A stretch of DNA of 62,053 bases from an uncultured Bacillota bacterium (GTDB lineage: Bacteria > Bacillota_I > Bacilli_A > RF39 > UBA660), in assembly GCA_946630315.1 (NCBI GenBank), contig CAMOYT010000003.1, forward strand, positions 1-62,053, given 5' to 3'. Of the stretch, positions 59,101-62,053 are shown piece after piece. Below the pieces are notes generated by a model that did not search any database, was not told the origin of the DNA, and saw only the letters and a list, made by a program, of their open reading frames with translations. The position numbers were made by a program, and so were the translations under genes. The stretch's first letter is position 1, and the number at the start of each line of letters is the position of its first letter.

Positions 59101-61229
59101 TACATTGACTTCCTTTCACTTATCTCCACCATCTTAGCATTACTAAGCATAGTATCACCATGTACTCTTGAATAAGAAAGATAACCATTCATTCTATCTA
59201 TTTTAGTAAGATCACTACTACCACATTTTGGACAAACATCCATTTCTAATTCTTCATGTCCACAACTATTACAATAAGCAAGAGATAAATTAACTCCCTC
59301 ATAGAATCCCATATCCATTGCTCTCTCAACTAGTGTTAGAATAGCCTTAGTATTATAACTTAAGTTATATCTAACATATTGTATTCTTCCACCTTTACAT
59401 AATTCCCAAAATCTATTTTCTAAATCTTGTTTTTCTATACCATTAATATCTTCCCAAACACCACAATGAAAACTATTAGATACATATTCACGAGAAGATA
59501 CACCTTCTATTACTCCATATTTCTTTCTAAACTGTTTAATTTGTAATCCACATAAATTCTCAGCAGGAGTACCATATATAGCATATAATATTTTATCTTC
59601 TTTCTTATACTCTAAAGTCTTATCATTTATATATTTTAAAACTTCATAAGCAAACTTTCCATCTTCAACAATACTCTTACCATTATATAATACTTGTAAT
59701 TCATTTAAAGCAGTTATTCCATAACTTGCAGTACAACTCTTCATAATAGGTTCAATGGCATCTTCTGGATTAAGATTACCTCCATAAAATCCTCCTTGAC
59801 AATAAGCAAGCGGATTAGTAGAAGCTTTTCTCTTAGCTAAATAATTATAAGTACGAATATGAATCTTACGAATCATTTCTAAATAATAATCAAGTACTTC
59901 ATAAAAATCTTTTTGTTCTTCACGAGCCTTAGCAAGTATCATTGGTAAATGTAGAGAAATAGCCCCTATATTAAATCTACCAATATATACTGGTTTATCT
60001 TTATCATCAGCTGGCTCCATTCCACCCCTCTCATACCAAGGAGAAAGAAAAGCTCTACATCCCATAGGAGAAACTACTCTCTTATACTTTTTATACATCT
60101 CACATACATAACCTTCTCCAGTTAAAGATAAATAATCTGGATACATTGCTTTTTTACTACATTCTATTGCACATAAGAATAGATCTCTTAGTTTACCACC
60201 TTCACCATGTAATTTCTTATCAAATAGAAATACTAGTTTAGGAAATAATGTAGGTCTTTTAAAACCCTTCTTACCTTGCCCTTCTTTATGTACATTTAAA
60301 ATAACTTCACTAATCATTTTAGCAAATTTATCAGTATCAATACCAAAAGTAAATGTAACAAAAGGATAATCTCCTCTACTACTAGATACAGTATTTAATT
60401 TATATTCAATTCCTTGATATCCTTGTTCACATTCACGAATTAGTTTTTTCCAAGCATAATCTTCTGCTTCGTCTACATATTCTTTTCCTTTAATATCTAA
60501 ATATTCTTTTTTATATTTATCATATGACTTTTTAGCATACTTCTTTAATGTAGTATCAATCTCAGGAACAGTAAAGCCACCATATTGCATAGCAGTAGTA
60601 TTGACAATAACATCTCCTACTACATTAAAAGCAGTTCCTAAAGTCTTTGGTTCTGTATACCAAATATTACTCATCTCAAAACCATCTTTTAAAACATTAG
60701 CCATATCAAATAAACAACAATTCATAGTATCTCTTCTAGCACTCATATCATGAATATAAATATATCCATCTTTACAAGCTTCTATCTCAGCACTAGTTAA
60801 GAAAAATTTCTTATATAATTCTTTATTTAAACTATTATATATTAAACATCGTTGCGTAGTAACTAATGCACTATCCATATTAGAACATTCTTTATCACCA
60901 ATATAAGTAATTACTTGGGCATCTTTATATACTTTATCTAATATATGTACAATATCTCTTTTATAATCTCTATATTCTCTATAACTCTTCGCAACCAAAG
61001 GATTAACTAACTCTAAAGCAGCTTCCGTACAACTATGTACTTGTTCAACACTAGGATTGCTAGTTTGAGTATTTAATAAACTAAGTACTTTAGAAACAAC
61101 ATCGTCTTTAGCATCCTCAGTTAAGTCAACCATTACTCTTTCGGCACTAGTAGTAATGGCCTTCTTAATTCTATCAGGATCAAACTTTTCTAAATTACCA
61201 TTTCTCTTAACAACATATATCTCCTTCAT
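59100..61229 (-). CDS. nrdD: anaerobic ribonucleoside-triphosphate reductase, copy 2 (full length with glycyl-radical motif)
   Basis: ATP-cone-like N-terminus (VVKRNGNLEKFDPDRIKKAI), DTMNCCLFDM, SPMGCRAFL, and Zn-ribbon CNSCGHEELEMDVCPKCG followed in frame by the Gly-radical motif RMNGYLSY. Confidence 0.92.
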   Translation of the reverse strand: MKEIYVVKRNGNLEKFDPDRIKKAITTSAERVMVDLTEDAKDDVVSKVLSLLNTQTSNPSVEQVHSCTEAALELVNPLVAKSYREYRDYKRDIVHILDKVYKDAQVITYIGDKECSNMDSALVTTQRCLIYNSLNKELYKKFFLTSAEIEACKDGYIYIHDMSARRDTMNCCLFDMANVLKDGFEMSNIWYTEPKTLGTAFNVVGDVIVNTTAMQYGGFTVPEIDTTLKKYAKKSYDKYKKEYLDIKGKEYVDEAEDYAWKKLIRECEQGYQGIEYKLNTVSSSRGDYPFVTFTFGIDTDKFAKMISEVILNVHKEGQGKKGFKRPTLFPKLVFLFDKKLHGEGGKLRDLFLCAIECSKKAMYPDYLSLTGEGYVCEMYKKYKRVVSPMGCRAFLSPWYERGGMEPADDKDKPVYIGRFNIGAISLHLPMILAKAREEQKDFYEVLDYYLEMIRKIHIRTYNYLAKRKASTNPLAYCQGGFYGGNLNPEDAIEPIMKSCTASYGITALNELQVLYNGKSIVEDGKFAYEVLKYINDKTLEYKKEDKILYAIYGTPAENLCGLQIKQFRKKYGVIEGVSSREYVSNSFHCGVWEDINGIEKQDLENRFWELCKGGRIQYVRYNLSYNTKAILTLVERAMDMGFYEGVNLSLAYCNSCGHEELEMDVCPKCGSSDLTKIDRMNGYLSYSRVHGDTMLSNAKMVEISERKSM

Positions 61230-61281
61230 AATCTATTTTCCTCCTATGTTTCCAATTTTAAAATACTTTCACAAAAAAGCA

Positions 61282-61299
61282 GTGTTGCATTTGCAACAC
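61282..61299. promoter_or_regulatory. 18-bp perfect palindrome, candidate Crp/Fnr-family operator in the divergent nrdD2 / regulator region
   Basis: GTGTTGCA-TT-TGCAACAC. It overlaps the -35 of the regulator gene promoter. It is centred about 42 bp upstream of the predicted nrdD2 TSS (-10 TAAAAT at 61260-61255), which is class II activator geometry. Confidence 0.45.
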
Positions 61300-61319
61300 A
61301 AATAAAAACTTGCTATAAT
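61291..61319 (+). promoter_or_regulatory. sigma-A promoter of the Crp/Fnr-family regulator gene
   Basis: TTGCAA (61291-61296), 17-nt spacer ending in TGc, TATAAT (61314-61319). Confidence 0.6.
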
Positions 61320-61341
61320 TAAAATGCTAGGAGGCTTCAAA

Positions 61342-61962
61342 ATGCAAGTAAATGAAAGAATTCTTCAATTTAAAAATAATTTGTCAAACTGTGTAAATGT
61401 AAAAAACAAAACATACTACAATAATGAATTAATTGCTAACTTAAACACTAATAAAAAACAAATATATTACATAAACCACGGCAAAGCCCTAATCATGAAA
61501 AATGACATAGATGGCAATAAAAAAATGCTCAGGGATTTAAAAGAGAATGATATATTCTCTCCACTATTTTATAAAAACTTTGAAGATGAAATATATATAA
61601 TAAGTAATAGTAATATTACTGAAATAGCTATAATAGACTATTCCAAAATAATTAAAGATTGTTCTCTTAATTGTCCATTTCACAATAAACTAGTTCTATC
61701 ATTATACGAATTATTAATAAAAGACAATCGTGAACAAAATGAAAAAATAGAAATGATGTCAAAAAGAAATGTAAGAGAAAAAATAATAGTCTTCTTAAAA
61801 CAAAGAACTAATGAAAATAATATATTTAAAGTAACCACTTCATATAAAGCTATAGCTGAATATATAAATGTAGATAGATCTAACTTTATGAGAGAATTAA
61901 ATAAAATGGAAAAAGAAAACTTAATAAAAAAAGAAGGTAGAACAATCTACCTTTATATATAA
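61342..61962 (+). CDS. Crp/Fnr-family transcriptional regulator
   Basis: Start moved to ATG 61342 (MQVNERIL), 7 nt after AGGAGG, because the ORF-track ATG 61324 lies at the predicted TSS. N-terminal cNMP-binding-like beta-barrel, and a C-terminal HTH SYKAIAEYINVDRSNFMRELNKMEKENLI. CSLNCPFH sits in the linker helix. Confidence 0.8.
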   Translation: MQVNERILQFKNNLSNCVNVKNKTYYNNELIANLNTNKKQIYYINHGKALIMKNDIDGNKKMLRDLKENDIFSPLFYKNFEDEIYIISNSNITEIAIIDYSKIIKDCSLNCPFHNKLVLSLYELLIKDNREQNEKIEMMSKRNVREKIIVFLKQRTNENNIFKVTTSYKAIAEYINVDRSNFMRELNKMEKENLIKKEGRTIYLYI

Positions 61963-61988
61963 AAAAAGGATACTTAGTATCCTTTTTA
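61961..61988. terminator. bidirectional intrinsic terminator
   Basis: A7, GGATAC-TTA-GTATCC hairpin, T5, located between the regulator stop (61960-61962) and a convergent stop at 61986-61988. Confidence 0.65.
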
Positions 61989-62053
61989 TGAACAATTAGA
62001 ATTTGAAGTAGCAGTAACATCATAAGAATTAGTAGGGCTATTATTCTTACATA
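61986..62053 (-). CDS. 3' end of a convergent gene running in from beyond the window (21 codons visible)
   Basis: The minus-strand frame ending ...CKNNSPTNSYDVTATSNSNCS-TAA terminates exactly at the terminator hairpin. Too short to assign. Confidence 0.3.
   Translation of the reverse strand, partial: CKNNSPTNSYDVTATSNSNCS

Overview
AT-rich chromosomal window read with the standard genetic code: kilobase-scale ORFs are uninterrupted and contain Trp. It looks like a low-GC Firmicutes/Mollicutes-like anaerobe. There are about 45 protein genes, all but four on the minus strand, plus tRNA-Thr(UGU) and tRNA-Leu(CAA). I saw no rRNA, CRISPR array, transposase or integrase.

Housekeeping genes sit at the edges: an RluA-family pseudouridine synthase, a SAM methyltransferase, scpA/scpB, two tandem class III ribonucleotide reductase systems (nrdD-nrdG) with dut, and a Crp/Fnr regulator.

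The centre (about 4.3-41.7 kb) is a co-directional surface-structure supercluster with three parts:
- A tightly packed ~22.5 kb operon (41723->19168). It encodes a 236-aa TM protein, a 2959-aa and a ~1725-aa giant membrane-anchored protein and a 475-aa ectoprotein. These are followed directly by an F-type ATPase gene set in canonical order (c-like, b/delta-like, alpha, gamma, beta, epsilon-like). That set has no a subunit, and its c-like subunit lacks the ion-binding carboxylate. A polytopic membrane protein and a lipoprotein close the operon.
- A separately promoted and terminated pair of TasA/camelysin-like secreted proteins.
- A SipW-type signal peptidase with a long extension, co-transcribed with a 2778-aa GG(G/S)N beta-helix giant and a catalytically dead SipW paralogue.

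The headline candidate for a new system is the F1-like, Fo-degenerate ATPase fused operonically to the giant surface proteins.

Other notable items:
- a naturally split NrdD whose glycyl-radical domain is a separate 53-codon ORF missed by the ORF track
- an 829-aa type IV pilin-like protein carrying a eukaryote-style thrombospondin type 1 repeat
- an orphan consensus promoter plus terminator predicting a ~134-nt sRNA
- a 6-2-6 palindrome placed like a Crp/Fnr class II site between the regulator gene and nrdD

All functional calls rest on motif-level reading of the translations. No database searches were run.
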